Source: Candidatus Bathyarchaeota archaeon (GTDB lineage: Archaea; Thermoproteota; Bathyarchaeia; Bathyarchaeales; Bathycorpusculaceae). From it: a stretch of 64,000 nt of DNA. The stretch is from NCBI GenBank assembly GCA_963782525.1, contig CAWAKC010000001.1:544001-608000 (forward strand), read 5' to 3'. The translations under genes were made by a program, and so were the position numbers. This document shows, one piece after another, positions 38,945 through 49,619 of this stretch. Each line of letters opens with the position of its first letter. Position 1 is the first letter of the stretch. Under the pieces are notes generated by a model. It was not told the origin of the DNA. It did not search any database and saw only the letters and a program-made list of their open reading frames with translations.

Positions 38945-40234
38945 TTAGCGTTTTCTACCTATTTTTTCTCTGTTACCCATGTATTTCCGTAACGCCTCAG
39001 GTATATTTATCGTTCCGTCTTCTTGCTGATTGTTCTCTAGTATTGCAACAATGGTTCTGCCTGTAGCTATCGCTGTCGAATTCAAAGTGTGAACCATGCC
39101 TTTGGGTGCTGCACCTTCTTTTTCCCTATACTTGATTCCTAATCGTCTACCTTGATAATCAGTGCAGTTGCTACATGAAACCACTTCTCGGTAACCGTTC
39201 TGCGCAGGCATCCAAGCCTCAATATCATATTTTTTAGCTGCAACAGTGCCGATATCACCGGTGCAAACGTTAACAACTCGATAAGCTAAACCGATTTTCT
39301 GCAGGAGTTCCTCAGCATTTTGGAGAAGTTCTTCGTGGAGTTTTGCTGAGTCTTCAGGTTTGCAGAAAATGAATTGTTCGATTTTGTTGAATTGGTGAGT
39401 TCGGAAGATGCCACGTGTGTCTTTTCCGTGTGCTCCAGCTTCTTTGCGGAAACAGGTGCTTATGCCTGCAAGTTTGACTGGCATATCCTGTTCTTTGAGG
39501 GTTTCGTTCATGAGCATAGCCGCCATAGGATGCTCGGAAGTAGCGATTAAGTAGAGGTCTTCGTTTTCAACTTTGTAGAGGACCTCTTCAAAGTCGCCTA
39601 AAGCGGTCACTCCTTCATAGGCTTCCCGCTTCATCAGCAAAGGCGGAATTACAGGTGTATAGCCTTTCTGTGAAAGCTCCTCGATTGCGAAACTCATCAA
39701 GGCCATATCTAGCATCGCAACTTCGTTTTTTAAATAGAAGAATCTTGCACCAGAGACTTTTCCAGCACGTTCCATGTCGATTTGGTCAAGATCCAACGCA
39801 AGGTCAATGTGGTTTTTTATTTGAAAAGTGAATTGAGGGATTGTCCCCCAAGTTTTCACTTGCACGTTATCGGTTGAGTCTTTTCCGAGTGGGACAGTCG
39901 CATCCAAAAGGTTGGGCAGGTTCAAAAGGTAACCGTGAGTTTTCTGTTCCTGCTCAGCCACTTGTTTTTCCACGATTTTTATTTGCACATCGATGTCCTC
40001 TGCTTTTGTGAATTCGTTTGTGGCTTCTTTGCCTGCTTTTTTGAGTTTAGCAATTTCTATGGTGACTAGTTTTCGGTCGTGGCGCAACTCGTTTAGTTTG
40101 GTAAGGTTCAAACGCCACTCTTTATCAACAGCGATCAGTTCTTCGAGCATCTTTAATGCATCTGGGTTTCCACGCTTCGCCAAATTAGTTTTTACAAGTT
40201 CGGGGTTCTCGCGGATTAACTTGATATCTAACAT
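38945..40234 (-). CDS. serS: Seryl-tRNA synthetase
   Basis: MLDIKLIRENP, LIATSEH, FRKEAG, EVVSCSNCTDYQ and HTLNST. Confidence 0.97.
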   Translation of the reverse strand: MLDIKLIRENPELVKTNLAKRGNPDALKMLEELIAVDKEWRLNLTKLNELRHDRKLVTIEIAKLKKAGKEATNEFTKAEDIDVQIKIVEKQVAEQEQKTHGYLLNLPNLLDATVPLGKDSTDNVQVKTWGTIPQFTFQIKNHIDLALDLDQIDMERAGKVSGARFFYLKNEVAMLDMALMSFAIEELSQKGYTPVIPPLLMKREAYEGVTALGDFEEVLYKVENEDLYLIATSEHPMAAMLMNETLKEQDMPVKLAGISTCFRKEAGAHGKDTRGIFRTHQFNKIEQFIFCKPEDSAKLHEELLQNAEELLQKIGLAYRVVNVCTGDIGTVAAKKYDIEAWMPAQNGYREVVSCSNCTDYQGRRLGIKYREKEGAAPKGMVHTLNSTAIATGRTIVAILENNQQEDGTINIPEALRKYMGNREKIGRKR

Positions 40235-40401
40235 GTTCTCACAGATTAATTCTCTACTAACAAAATCAGCTATTTAACTTTACGATACAAACAAAGTTGG
40301 CTAAACCAAGCAGAGAATTACTTTTTTGAAACCGATAAAATAATCAGCTGGATGAAACTAAAAAATGGAAGAAATAGAAATTTTATTTTTATTGTCCAGT
40401 C

Positions 40402-40689
40402 TTACTTTTTGGTAAGAGTTATCTCCATTGTGGAAACCATTCTGGACTTGCTCTCGCCCTCACGAGGTGGCATCTCAACTGTTCCGATAGCAATCTTGGA
40501 TACTTTAAGGTCCTTAATGAACCGATTCCTTGTGATCTCAGCTACGTCAACGGCGGTCGTTATGGCTTGGCCTCTTGCTTTCAAAGTTATTTCTCTTAGG
40601 TTTCCTGCGGAGAGGCTTGTGATGATTGCCAGAACATAACTCATTGGGGGTTTGTTTCCTACGAAGATAACATCTGCATTTTCAGTCAT
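40402..40689 (-). CDS. albA: DNA/RNA-binding protein Alba
   Basis: IFVGNKPPMSYV, KARGQAITTAVDVAE and VSTMEI. Confidence 0.95.
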   Translation of the reverse strand: MTENADVIFVGNKPPMSYVLAIITSLSAGNLREITLKARGQAITTAVDVAEITRNRFIKDLKVSKIAIGTVEMPPREGESKSRMVSTMEITLTKK

Positions 40690-40896
40690 TTGTTTTAACT
40701 CCTTTTTGTTTGCTTTGTGTAACGTTACTGTTTTGCGCTATGCTGCGCTCAGAACGTCATTGCCAAAATATACAGTTCTTCCCTATAAATCCATTGAAAC
40801 TTCATCCCGAATAGACAAACGTTCAACAAAAAAGTAAGAAAGGCTTTTCTACACCAAACCCGTATGAGCAATTACACCGTCAAGTTGAGAGTTAAC

Positions 40897-41529
40897 TTGC
40901 TAACCAAACTTAAGAAACAAATCCAGCAAATGCTCACATCTCAAGCAACAGCAGCTTACAAAATAGGCTTAACCCCCAACAAAATCAGTACAATCGGCTT
41001 TATACTTGCACTGGCGTCAGCAGTTTCATACGGCCTAACTACAACCCAGAACTCGTGGCTACTTATTTTGGCAGTAGTTTTCCTCTTAGCTTCAGGATTC
41101 TGCGACACCCTAGACGGCATTGTAGCAAGAACATTTGGGCAAACCACCGTGTTCGGAGGATTCTACGATTCGGTCCTCGACAGATATGCAGATGCTGCAG
41201 TCTACGCAGCCATTATCGTCGCTGGATTATCTAATCCTGCTTGGGGTTCTCTTGGGGGTTCAGTTTGGGGCTTGGCAGCTCTTTCGGGTTCATTGTTAGT
41301 GAGTTATACCCGTGCAAGAGCCGAAGCTGTCGGCATAAAAATGGAGTCCGTTGGACTTGCTGAACGAGCCGAACGTATGCTCATCTTAGCCGGTGTCAGC
41401 ATAATTGCGTATTTCTGGTTGCCCGCCATGGGTTACGGTATAGCAGTTTTAGCGGTGCTAGCAAACTTTACGGTATTACAAAGGATCCACTACGTTTACA
41501 AAACATTAAAGAAAAAAGCAGCAGATTAG
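40897..41529 (+). CDS. CDP-alcohol phosphatidyltransferase (archaetidylinositol phosphate synthase-like)
   Basis: TPNKIS, DTLDGIVAR...GGFYDSVLDRYAD, SYTRARAE and ERAER. Confidence 0.9.
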   Translation: MLTKLKKQIQQMLTSQATAAYKIGLTPNKISTIGFILALASAVSYGLTTTQNSWLLILAVVFLLASGFCDTLDGIVARTFGQTTVFGGFYDSVLDRYADAAVYAAIIVAGLSNPAWGSLGGSVWGLAALSGSLLVSYTRARAEAVGIKMESVGLAERAERMLILAGVSIIAYFWLPAMGYGIAVLAVLANFTVLQRIHYVYKTLKKKAAD

Positions 41530-41533
41530 CCGC

Positions 41534-41827
41534 TTAGTATCTTCTTTTATAGCCTTTAGAATGGCGTTCGTTTTCTGCGCGGACCTTAACGATTCCGCGG
41601 TGAACAGCACAAGAGATACAGTAGTATTTAGTGTCTACCCAAGAGGCTAAGTACGTGCCGCTTTGCCTAAGCTCTTTAGCCAATTGTGGTTCAACAAAAG
41701 AAACTCTGCGTGTCGACCTCTTCGCTTTGTCACGTGGCACCGAAGCCCCGCAATTTGCGCATTGAACAAGAGTGCTGCTTCCTTTGTTTCCTTTTGATCT
41801 TCCTCGGCTTTTTCGTTTAACGGGCAT
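41534..41827 (-). CDS. rps26e: 30S ribosomal protein S26e
   Basis: MPVKRKSRGR, VQCANCG..VPRDKA and YCISCAVH. Start refined to ATG 41827. Confidence 0.95.
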   Translation of the reverse strand: MPVKRKSRGRSKGNKGSSTLVQCANCGASVPRDKAKRSTRRVSFVEPQLAKELRQSGTYLASWVDTKYYCISCAVHRGIVKVRAENERHSKGYKRRY

Positions 41828-41876
41828 TAATTTTATCCTCTTTTCGTCTGATGTTCCATTTATTGATTTAACTATC

Positions 41877-42764
41877 TTATATATCTGACCGTATTTTAAG
41901 AAGAGAAGCGATGTTTGCATTCTGGCTTAGCTTTGGAATAATCTTGCCATCAGACGAAGTCATCAATGTTGTTACTCCTGGACCGTGACCTGCCGTAACA
42001 CAGTTTGAATGAACTACCACACCCACAGATACAGAGCCTTGGCGGTAAATCCTGCCGAACGAGTGATCTGCATCGATAATGGCGACTAAATCACCCAACC
42101 GCAAACTCTCCAAGCCATACTGAGCCACGACGGCTTCGTCGAAGAGTTGAATGTCATAGTCGCCCGAGTTAACTTGGTTAGCGCCTAAACCTGAACCCAT
42201 AATCGCTGCGGGCACTATATGGGTTACAGGCACCTCTAATTTGTCCCTATTGGGCTCCGGATTCCACACCTCAAGCAGATGTGGATCCATGTTGAGAACT
42301 TTTATGTCGGGAAAATCCAAGAGCTTTAAACCTATGCCGTAAGCCTTTACGAGTATCCTGTCACCAAGTAACAGGTTATCTAAAACCTTCGTTGGAAAAT
42401 CAACCAGCACGTGCTCAATGCCACCGTGCTTACCTGTAACAACCCCTTTAGCGCCCTTCGCTTCGCCTGTGGCTACCGTTGCCTGGTTTCCTATGCATGA
42501 CAAAACATTGAAGGCAGTGTTGGCAGCTTGTCCCGAACGGGCATCGTTTTCCTTGTTTTCCACACTAACGCCTGGTTCCACATGGTCTGCTTCCCAACCG
42601 CTCGCTAGGTCACCGACTCTAAGGTTGTAAGTTATGCCGCCTACTCCTGGAAGCACTAAAGGTTTGCCTGTAGCAGAAACATTGTATACGTTGCGAATTG
42701 TTGGGCTTGCGATTTCGCCCATAACTGAGATTTTGATGAGTTTTTTCTGGTTCGTCTTGAGCAT
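41877..42764 (-). CDS. DUF4438 (TM1086-like) protein
   Basis: LPGVGGITYN, DHVEPGVS, GKHGGIEHV, GDYDI and GHGPG. Confidence 0.85.
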   Translation of the reverse strand: MLKTNQKKLIKISVMGEIASPTIRNVYNVSATGKPLVLPGVGGITYNLRVGDLASGWEADHVEPGVSVENKENDARSGQAANTAFNVLSCIGNQATVATGEAKGAKGVVTGKHGGIEHVLVDFPTKVLDNLLLGDRILVKAYGIGLKLLDFPDIKVLNMDPHLLEVWNPEPNRDKLEVPVTHIVPAAIMGSGLGANQVNSGDYDIQLFDEAVVAQYGLESLRLGDLVAIIDADHSFGRIYRQGSVSVGVVVHSNCVTAGHGPGVTTLMTSSDGKIIPKLSQNANIASLLKIRSDI

Positions 42765-42905
42765 AAAATTGTTTCCCTTCTGACTGTGAGGTCACTGTTT
42801 TGGGGTTAATAAAACTTCACAGCGTTTTTAGGTCCTAAAGCAACTCTTAAATTATGCGTCTCTTTATTGTTGGAGTAGACTTAGCCCGCCTAAAAATTGT
42901 AGGAA

Positions 42906-43496
42906 GTGAATTATTCAATGTCTGAAATTGGATTAAGAACAAAAATGCTCGTCAGGGACATCATGAGTAGCCCAGTTGTAACGATGGACGAGGACGAAAC
43001 CTCCAACAAAGCCGCAGCCAACATGGATATACATGATTTAGGCGCCGTTATAGTCACAAACAAAGCTGGAAAATCAATAGGTATCATAACCGAACGCGAC
43101 TTAGTCGTTAGAGTATTGGCGAAAAACCAGAAGCCGGATACAGTAAAGGCTAAAGAAATCATGACAACCCCCTTGGTCACGATTGAGCCTGAAGCCACCA
43201 TAAGCGACGCCGCCAGAAGAATGAATAGACTCGACATTAGAAGGCTAGGCGTAATCTACAAGGGCAACCTGCTCGGTATAATCTCAAGCAAAGATATCCT
43301 TGGCGTAATGCCCGAGCTAATCGAGATAATGCAGGAGCGCTCACGCATCGAAGGCGCCGCTCAAATCGAAGAAACTGAAGAAGTCCCGCTCTCAGGATAC
43401 TGCGACCGCTGTAACATCTACTCTGAGAGCCTCAAAGAACGCAACGGACAAAACATCTGCGACGAATGCCGCGTGGAACTCGAAGAAGAAAAATAA
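42906..43496 (+). CDS. CBS-pair protein with C-terminal zinc ribbon
   Basis: VRDIMSSPV, GIITERD, and GYCDRC...CDEC. Confidence 0.9.
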   Translation: MNYSMSEIGLRTKMLVRDIMSSPVVTMDEDETSNKAAANMDIHDLGAVIVTNKAGKSIGIITERDLVVRVLAKNQKPDTVKAKEIMTTPLVTIEPEATISDAARRMNRLDIRRLGVIYKGNLLGIISSKDILGVMPELIEIMQERSRIEGAAQIEETEEVPLSGYCDRCNIYSESLKERNGQNICDECRVELEEEK

Positions 43497-43566
43497 CAAT
43501 TTTTTTTACCACAACTTTTATTCAAATAAACTTTAATTAACCAAATCACCCGCTAATTCCTAGAAC

Positions 43567-44928
43567 GTGACCCCTTTGATTGTTGATTCCATCCTCACAA
43601 ACGCAAAAGCTTACATAGCTGGGCAAATCGTCGACTGCAACATAGCCATCGAAGAAGGCAAAATCTATAAAATCGGCAAAGAAACCCAAATGCCACAGGC
43701 TGATGAGAAAACTGACCTCCACAACTTGCTGGTTTTGCCTGGTTTGATTGATGAACACGTTCACTTGCGCGATGAGGGCAAGGCATACAAGGAAGATTTC
43801 TCTTCAGGAACAGCCGCTGCGGCTGCTGGTGGATTCACAACAGTTCTGGATATGCCAAATAATGACCCAGTTACCATGAGCGTTGGGACTCTACGCAACC
43901 GCATGGAAATTGCCCAAACAAAAATCCTCACTAACGTGGGGGTCTACTCCGAATTCCCGAAAAACCTCACCGAAACAGCAGCAATAGTTGCTGAAGGGGC
44001 AATTGGGTTCAAGCTGTTTATGGGTTCTCAAGTGGGCGGCTTAAACATTGACGACAATCAAGCTTTACAGGATGCGTTTGAAGCGGTTGCCGAACTGGAG
44101 GTGCCTTTCGCGATACATGCTGAAGACAGGGCAATGCTTGCGGCAAACGAGGCGAAACTGAAGCAAGCCCAAAAAATTGGCACTACCGACTTTTTGCGGG
44201 CACACACCGAAGCAGTTGAGCTCACAGCTATCCAGCGTTTCTTAAAGTTAAGCCAACAGTCGAAAGTGCACTTGCATTTTTGCCATGTCACGAGCCAGGA
44301 AGGTTTAAACGCCATTGTTGAGGCAAAAAAATCAGACAGAAAAGGAAAGGTAACTTGTGAGGTTACGCCAAACCATCTGCTACTTACCAGTGAAGATATG
44401 AAACGAATTGGGCAAATGGCGATTATGGCTCCGCCACTCCGAGATAAAATCCACCTTGAAGCCCTTTGGAAGGGGTTAGAGGATGGCGCAGTAGATACTA
44501 TTGGTTCAGACCATGCGCCTCATACTAAAGAAGAAAAGGCAGCCAGCAGCGTCTGGGACGTAAAAGTCGGTGTGCCTGGACTAGAAACCACTCTGGCACT
44601 TATCATGACGTTTGTTAAGAAGAACCGGTTAACCATCGTGCAAGCTGTCCATTTGCTCGCCGAAAAACCCGCTGAAATCTTCGGATTAAACGACCGCGGA
44701 ACCCTCGAACAGGGCAAAAACGCCGACTTAACCGTGGTAGATTTTAACCGCCAATTCAAAATCGATGCCTCCAAATTCAAGTCCAAAGCCAAGTTCTCGC
44801 CCTACGAAGGCTGGGACGTCCAGGGCAAAGTAGTAAAAACCATAGTGAACGGGCAAGTAGTCTTCGACGAGGGCGAAATTGTAGCTAAAGCGGGAAGCGT
44901 CTTGATGGCTCGGAGAGGCAGCGTGTGA
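43567..44928 (+). CDS. pyrC: Dihydroorotase
   Basis: PGLIDEHVHLR, DMPNN, CEVTPNHL and GSDHAPH. Confidence 0.88.
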   Translation: MTPLIVDSILTNAKAYIAGQIVDCNIAIEEGKIYKIGKETQMPQADEKTDLHNLLVLPGLIDEHVHLRDEGKAYKEDFSSGTAAAAAGGFTTVLDMPNNDPVTMSVGTLRNRMEIAQTKILTNVGVYSEFPKNLTETAAIVAEGAIGFKLFMGSQVGGLNIDDNQALQDAFEAVAELEVPFAIHAEDRAMLAANEAKLKQAQKIGTTDFLRAHTEAVELTAIQRFLKLSQQSKVHLHFCHVTSQEGLNAIVEAKKSDRKGKVTCEVTPNHLLLTSEDMKRIGQMAIMAPPLRDKIHLEALWKGLEDGAVDTIGSDHAPHTKEEKAASSVWDVKVGVPGLETTLALIMTFVKKNRLTIVQAVHLLAEKPAEIFGLNDRGTLEQGKNADLTVVDFNRQFKIDASKFKSKAKFSPYEGWDVQGKVVKTIVNGQVVFDEGEIVAKAGSVLMARRGSV

Positions 44929-45419
44929 AGTTCCTTGCGGATGCAATGCTCGGGAAGTTAACGCGTTGGTTGCGCATGCTTGGACAGGATGTAATGTACT
45001 CTGTTGAGTTTGATGATTCTGAGCTTTTAGCTTTGGCGAAAGAGGAGGAGCGTATTTTGTTGACGAAGGATTTTGAGCTTTACAAACGCGCCGTCGACGG
45101 AGGGTTGGACGCTTACTATGTTGAGGGAAAAACTGAGGCAGAGCTACTGGCAGAAGTCGCCAAACGCTACAACATGCCACTAACGGTCGATATGGACAAG
45201 TCGCATTGCCCAATTTGCAACACCAAACTTGTTGTCGCGCCAAAAGAGCAACTTAAGGAAGAATTGGAAAAAAACACCTACATCTACTACGACAATTTCT
45301 GGAAGTGCCCCAACTGCGGACAAATCTACTGGCAAGGAGCTCACTGGAACCAAATTAACAACAGACTAAGCCAAGCTAAAGCTAAACTTGAAAAGTTAAA
45401 AGAAAATAATGGCGCTTAA
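44925..45419 (+). CDS. Mut7-C / DUF82 PIN-like RNase with zinc ribbon
   Basis: [23 protein letters not shown] and CPICN...[13 protein letters not shown]. Confidence 0.9.
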   Translation: MKFLADAMLGKLTRWLRMLGQDVMYSVEFDDSELLALAKEEERILLTKDFELYKRAVDGGLDAYYVEGKTEAELLAEVAKRYNMPLTVDMDKSHCPICNTKLVVAPKEQLKEELEKNTYIYYDNFWKCPNCGQIYWQGAHWNQINNRLSQAKAKLEKLKENNGA

Positions 45420-45658
45420 GACAACCATTTTAATGGAATATCTTGGAAAGTGCCGTCTGGCAATGTTCTGCGGATTGTGATTGGCAAAATACCCGCGTCA
45501 AGCTCACTTAACGCGATGTCGATTGGGTTTGTGTTTTCAGCTGCATCTACCAAGATTGGTGCTCCCATCGAGATCTGAAGCGCACGTGCACCCACGATTC
45601 TAGCTTTCTCGAAGCGAGTAATTTTTGGGGGTCCTACAACAATTTTTTGTATTGACAT
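45416..45658 (-). CDS. rpoK: RNA polymerase subunit Rpo6/K
   Basis: [21 protein letters not shown] and LPITIRR. Confidence 0.96.
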   Translation of the reverse strand: MSIQKIVVGPPKITRFEKARIVGARALQISMGAPILVDAAENTNPIDIALSELDAGILPITIRRTLPDGTFQDIPLKWLS

Positions 45659-45659
45659 T

Positions 45660-47336
45660 TTACATCATTCCGCCGGGCATTCCACCCATTCCGCCCATAC
45701 CCATACCGCCTGGCATTCCTCCTCCAGGTGGCATTGGAGGGGTCTTCATTTTCGCGGTGGATATTATGTCGTCGATTTTAAGAATCATTGATGAGGCTTC
45801 GTTTGCTGATTTAATTATTTGTTTTTTGACGGCGAGGGGTTCGTAGATATTCATTTTTGTCATGTCTTCGACTTTGCCTGCGAGAACATCTATGCCTGCC
45901 CAAGTTTCTCCTTTTTCATGTCTTGTTCGTAACTGTGAAAGTATGTCAATTGGATCTAAACCCGCGTTTTCGGCAAGTGTTGTCGCTATTATTTCGAGGG
46001 ATTCTGCGAAAACGATGATTGCAAGTTGCTCTCTTCCCCGCACTGTTTGAGCATATTTCTTAAGAACACTTGACATCTCCATTTCTGGAGCGCTTCCCCC
46101 AGCAACTACCTTGGGTTCTTCGATGAGATCTTTTACTACAGAGAGTGCATCATGTATCGAGCGTTCTGCTTCTGCAGTCATCCGTTGTGTTCCACCTCTG
46201 ATTAGGAGGGTGACTGACTTGGGGTTCTTGCATCCTTCGATGTAAGTCATCTTATCGTCACCAGTTCTGCGTTCTTCAACCAACGCTGCAAAACCAAGAT
46301 CTTCGGATGTGAGCGCGTCGATGTTGCTTATGATTTTTGCGCCCGTGGCTCTCGCGAGTTTTTCTATGTCTGATTTCTTGGCACGTCTAATGGCTACTGC
46401 ACCTTTTCGTGCTAGAAAATGCTGAGCCATATCGTCGATGCCTTTCTGAACAACAACTACGTTGGCGCCTGAAGCTAACACTTTTTCAACCATACCCTTA
46501 AGCATAGCTTCTTCTTCCTTGAGGAACGCTTCAATCTGCTCTGGGCTTTCAATGCTGATTTTTGCGTCCATCTCCGGCTTCTCATTCTCCAAGGATGCGT
46601 CGAGTAAGGCTATTTTCGCGTTTTCAACTCGTTTTGGCATGCCTGAATGAACGATTTCTTTGTCTAAGACAACACCGTAGATTAGGCGGGTGTCCTTGAG
46701 AGATTCGCCTGTTTTCTTCTCAACCTTTACATCATCAACGTCAGCTCTAAAGGTGCCGTCTGACTGTTTTTCTGCGACCGCCAACATTGCTTTAACAGCT
46801 AAATCTGCTAAGTAATCTTTGTATTCAGCAACGATTTTGCTGCCCATTGACGTTGCCGCAGCCTTCTTGAGGTAATCGGTCGATTTTAAGTCGATGGGGA
46901 TGGCGATTTTCTCTAAAGTTTCCAGAGCTTTATCTGCTGCTTTTCTGTAACCATCAATTATAACTGTTGGATGAATGTTTTTGTCGATTAATTCTTCAGC
47001 TCGGCTTAAAAGTTCGCCTGCAATGATTACTGCAGATGTTGTTCCATCGCCAGTTTCCTTATCTTGAGTTTTAGCGACTTCCACCATCATCTTTGCCGCT
47101 GGATGCTGAACATCCATCTCATCAAGAATCGTTCTTCCATCGCTTGTTATTGTAACGTCACCGAAGCTATCGACAAGCATTTTATCCATGCCTTTCGGGC
47201 CAAGTGCGCTTCGGACACTTTCAGCAACAACTTTAGCCGCCATAATATTAGCGTGCTGAGCTTCTCGTCCCCGAGACCTCTTGGAACCTTCTTTCATAAC
47301 GAGAACAGGTACACCGCCAGCTTGTAAATTTGACAA
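45660..47336 (-). CDS. Thermosome (group II chaperonin) subunit
   Basis: [16 protein letters not shown] and a GGM-rich tail. Confidence 0.97.
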   Translation of the reverse strand: MSNLQAGGVPVLVMKEGSKRSRGREAQHANIMAAKVVAESVRSALGPKGMDKMLVDSFGDVTITSDGRTILDEMDVQHPAAKMMVEVAKTQDKETGDGTTSAVIIAGELLSRAEELIDKNIHPTVIIDGYRKAADKALETLEKIAIPIDLKSTDYLKKAAATSMGSKIVAEYKDYLADLAVKAMLAVAEKQSDGTFRADVDDVKVEKKTGESLKDTRLIYGVVLDKEIVHSGMPKRVENAKIALLDASLENEKPEMDAKISIESPEQIEAFLKEEEAMLKGMVEKVLASGANVVVVQKGIDDMAQHFLARKGAVAIRRAKKSDIEKLARATGAKIISNIDALTSEDLGFAALVEERRTGDDKMTYIEGCKNPKSVTLLIRGGTQRMTAEAERSIHDALSVVKDLIEEPKVVAGGSAPEMEMSSVLKKYAQTVRGREQLAIIVFAESLEIIATTLAENAGLDPIDILSQLRTRHEKGETWAGIDVLAGKVEDMTKMNIYEPLAVKKQIIKSANEASSMILKIDDIISTAKMKTPPMPPGGGMPGGMGMGGMGGMPGGMM

Positions 47337-47489
47337 ATCAAGTAACCTCCAAATAATGCGAACAACAACAAAACGTTACTAACCATATAAGTTTTTCCTA
47401 AGAAAGCCATGTTGAACAACCACTATGCAACCGTTTTTTGCATCGTTAAGTCGTTTTCTGGGTAATTTGGCGTTTCATTTTTGCCAGAG

Positions 47490-47993
47490 CTAATAAACTG
47501 AAACTTTGGCTACACCTGAAATCTTTAGCAGTTCGGGGATGAGTTCTCCCGGAATTTTCTTTTCCACGATCAATGTGAGTTTCGGTTCTGGCGAGAGTTC
47601 GGGGTCATCCACTATTGCTTGCCGTATGCTTAAGCCTGCCTTGTTGAGGAGCATGGCTGCGTTGGAGAGAATCCCCGGGGACTTTGCGTTTACTGGTGTG
47701 ATTTCTAAGACTCCGAGGTTGAGGTGTTTGGCGATTTCTTTTAGGGAGTGCCCTGCGGGGCGGATTTCTTCGAAAATCATTCTTAACTCGGGGATGGCTT
47801 TGATGGTGCAGAGGGTTTCGTTGACGGTTCTTCGGTCGACGCCTGCGACTCTGGCTATGCGGACAGGGGGGATTTCGATTTGGTTGAGGTATATTTTGTC
47901 GCCTTGGGCGCTTAGGCCGTTTTCTATGAGGACGCGTGCTACTTTGAGGCGTTCGGGGTATTCTTGGAGTTGGGTTTTGATTTGGGTCCACAT
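47490..47993 (-). CDS. HTH-ACT regulator of amino acid metabolism (COG2150-like)
   Basis: IARVAGVDRRTV and ACT GLSIRQAIVDDPEL. Divergent from trpB2. Confidence 0.85.
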   Translation of the reverse strand: MWTQIKTQLQEYPERLKVARVLIENGLSAQGDKIYLNQIEIPPVRIARVAGVDRRTVNETLCTIKAIPELRMIFEEIRPAGHSLKEIAKHLNLGVLEITPVNAKSPGILSNAAMLLNKAGLSIRQAIVDDPELSPEPKLTLIVEKKIPGELIPELLKISGVAKVSVY

Positions 47994-48124
47994 TTCAGGT
48001 CGCTTGTGTATATTTCTGTTCGTTTAGGTATAAATATGTTGTTTAAATACGTACACAAATGTACACAAAAGCCTTAAATAAAACTTTCAAGTACGGTTTA
48101 AAGCCCAGACAAGAAGGCGAAAAA

Positions 48125-49546
48125 ATGCCCGAAAAAAAAATCCTACTAACCGAAAACGACATACCAAAACAATGGTACAACATAGTCCCCGACTTGCCAC
48201 ACCCGCTACCGCCATTCATAGAAGCGGAAACAGGCAAACCAGGCGTCGGTATAGTCCCAAAAATTTTCCCCAAAGAAATCATCGGACAAGAAATCAGCCA
48301 AGAACGCTGGATAAACATCCCCGATGAAGTACGCGAGATCTACAAGATCTGGAGACCAAGCCCGCTTTTCCGAGCGTTCGGCTTAGAAAAAGCCTTGAAA
48401 ACTCCAGCTAAAATCTACTACAAGTACGAAGGCGTCAGCCCCGCAGGCAGCCACAAAACAAACAGTGCCGTCCCACAAGCCTACTACAACATGAAAGAAG
48501 GCATAACACGCGTCACCACCGAAACCGGCGCAGGCCAATGGGGCAGTGCGCTGTCGTTTGCAGCCGGCATGTTCGGGTTGCAAGCAACTGTGTACATGGT
48601 CCGTGCAAGCTTCGACCAGAAGCCCTACCGCAAAGCCATGATGAACGCTTTCGGCGCAGAATGCGTCGCCAGCCCCAGCAACAAGACAGAGGCGGGAAGA
48701 AAAATCCTCGCTGAAGACCCAGAAAACAAGGGCAGCCTTGGCATAGCCATTAGCGAAGCTATCGAGGACAGTTTGGAGAGTGAGAAAACAGGCAAAAAAG
48801 CCAACTACACCATCGGCAGCGTCTTCAACCACGTCTGCATGCACCAAACCGTAGCTGGGCTGGAAGCCCAAAAGCAATTCGCAATGGTTGACGACTACCC
48901 TGATGTGGTTTACGGCTGCATAGGCGGAGGAAGCAGCTTCAGCGGTTTGTTCTGGCCTTTCTACTACGACAAAGTTTCCAAGAAAGCACCCAAAGAAACA
49001 AAGTTTGTCGCGGTTGAACCCACCGCATGCCCAAAAGTCACACGAGGATACTACACCTACGACCACGGCGATACCGCTAAACTCACACCGCTAGTCCCCA
49101 TGCACACGTTGGGACATGACTTCATGCCAGCTCCGATCCATGCAGGCGGACTACGCTACCATGGCATCGCACCAACCATCAGCGTGCTCGCAAAAGAAAA
49201 GAAAATCAGCACGTTGGCAGTTAACCAAGTGGACGCGTTTGATGCTGCAAAGATTTTCATCCGCAGCGAAGGCATAATTCCAGCTCCAGAAGCAGCACAT
49301 GCAATCAAAGCCGTCGTCGACGACGCAAGAGCATGCATAAAAACCAACGAACCCAAAACGATTCTGTTTGCGTTAACAGGACACGGATTCTTTGACATGT
49401 CAGCCTACGATGAATACTTCAACGGCAGATTGCAGCCATATGAGTACCCAACAGAGAAAGTCGCCGAATCCATGGCGAAACTGCGCAAACTCTACCCGTG
49501 GCTAAACGAAGTTAGCAAGCAATACATCGGCTGCGAAACGTACTAG
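48125..49546 (+). CDS. trpB2: TrpB2 (tryptophan synthase beta, type 2)
   Basis: IPKQWYNI, SPAGSHK.N, TETGAGQWG, GGGS and HAGGLRYHG. Confidence 0.95.
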   Translation: MPEKKILLTENDIPKQWYNIVPDLPHPLPPFIEAETGKPGVGIVPKIFPKEIIGQEISQERWINIPDEVREIYKIWRPSPLFRAFGLEKALKTPAKIYYKYEGVSPAGSHKTNSAVPQAYYNMKEGITRVTTETGAGQWGSALSFAAGMFGLQATVYMVRASFDQKPYRKAMMNAFGAECVASPSNKTEAGRKILAEDPENKGSLGIAISEAIEDSLESEKTGKKANYTIGSVFNHVCMHQTVAGLEAQKQFAMVDDYPDVVYGCIGGGSSFSGLFWPFYYDKVSKKAPKETKFVAVEPTACPKVTRGYYTYDHGDTAKLTPLVPMHTLGHDFMPAPIHAGGLRYHGIAPTISVLAKEKKISTLAVNQVDAFDAAKIFIRSEGIIPAPEAAHAIKAVVDDARACIKTNEPKTILFALTGHGFFDMSAYDEYFNGRLQPYEYPTEKVAESMAKLRKLYPWLNEVSKQYIGCETY

Positions 49547-49619
49547 TTTCGCAAATTAACTTTTTTCTTCTTTTTTGTTTTTATTTATCGGCAACTTATA
49601 CTAGGCATGGCTATCTAAG

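Noticed and set aside
45660-45740. Short tandem repeats at the thermosome 3' end
   Set aside because: They encode the normal GGM-rich chaperonin tail.
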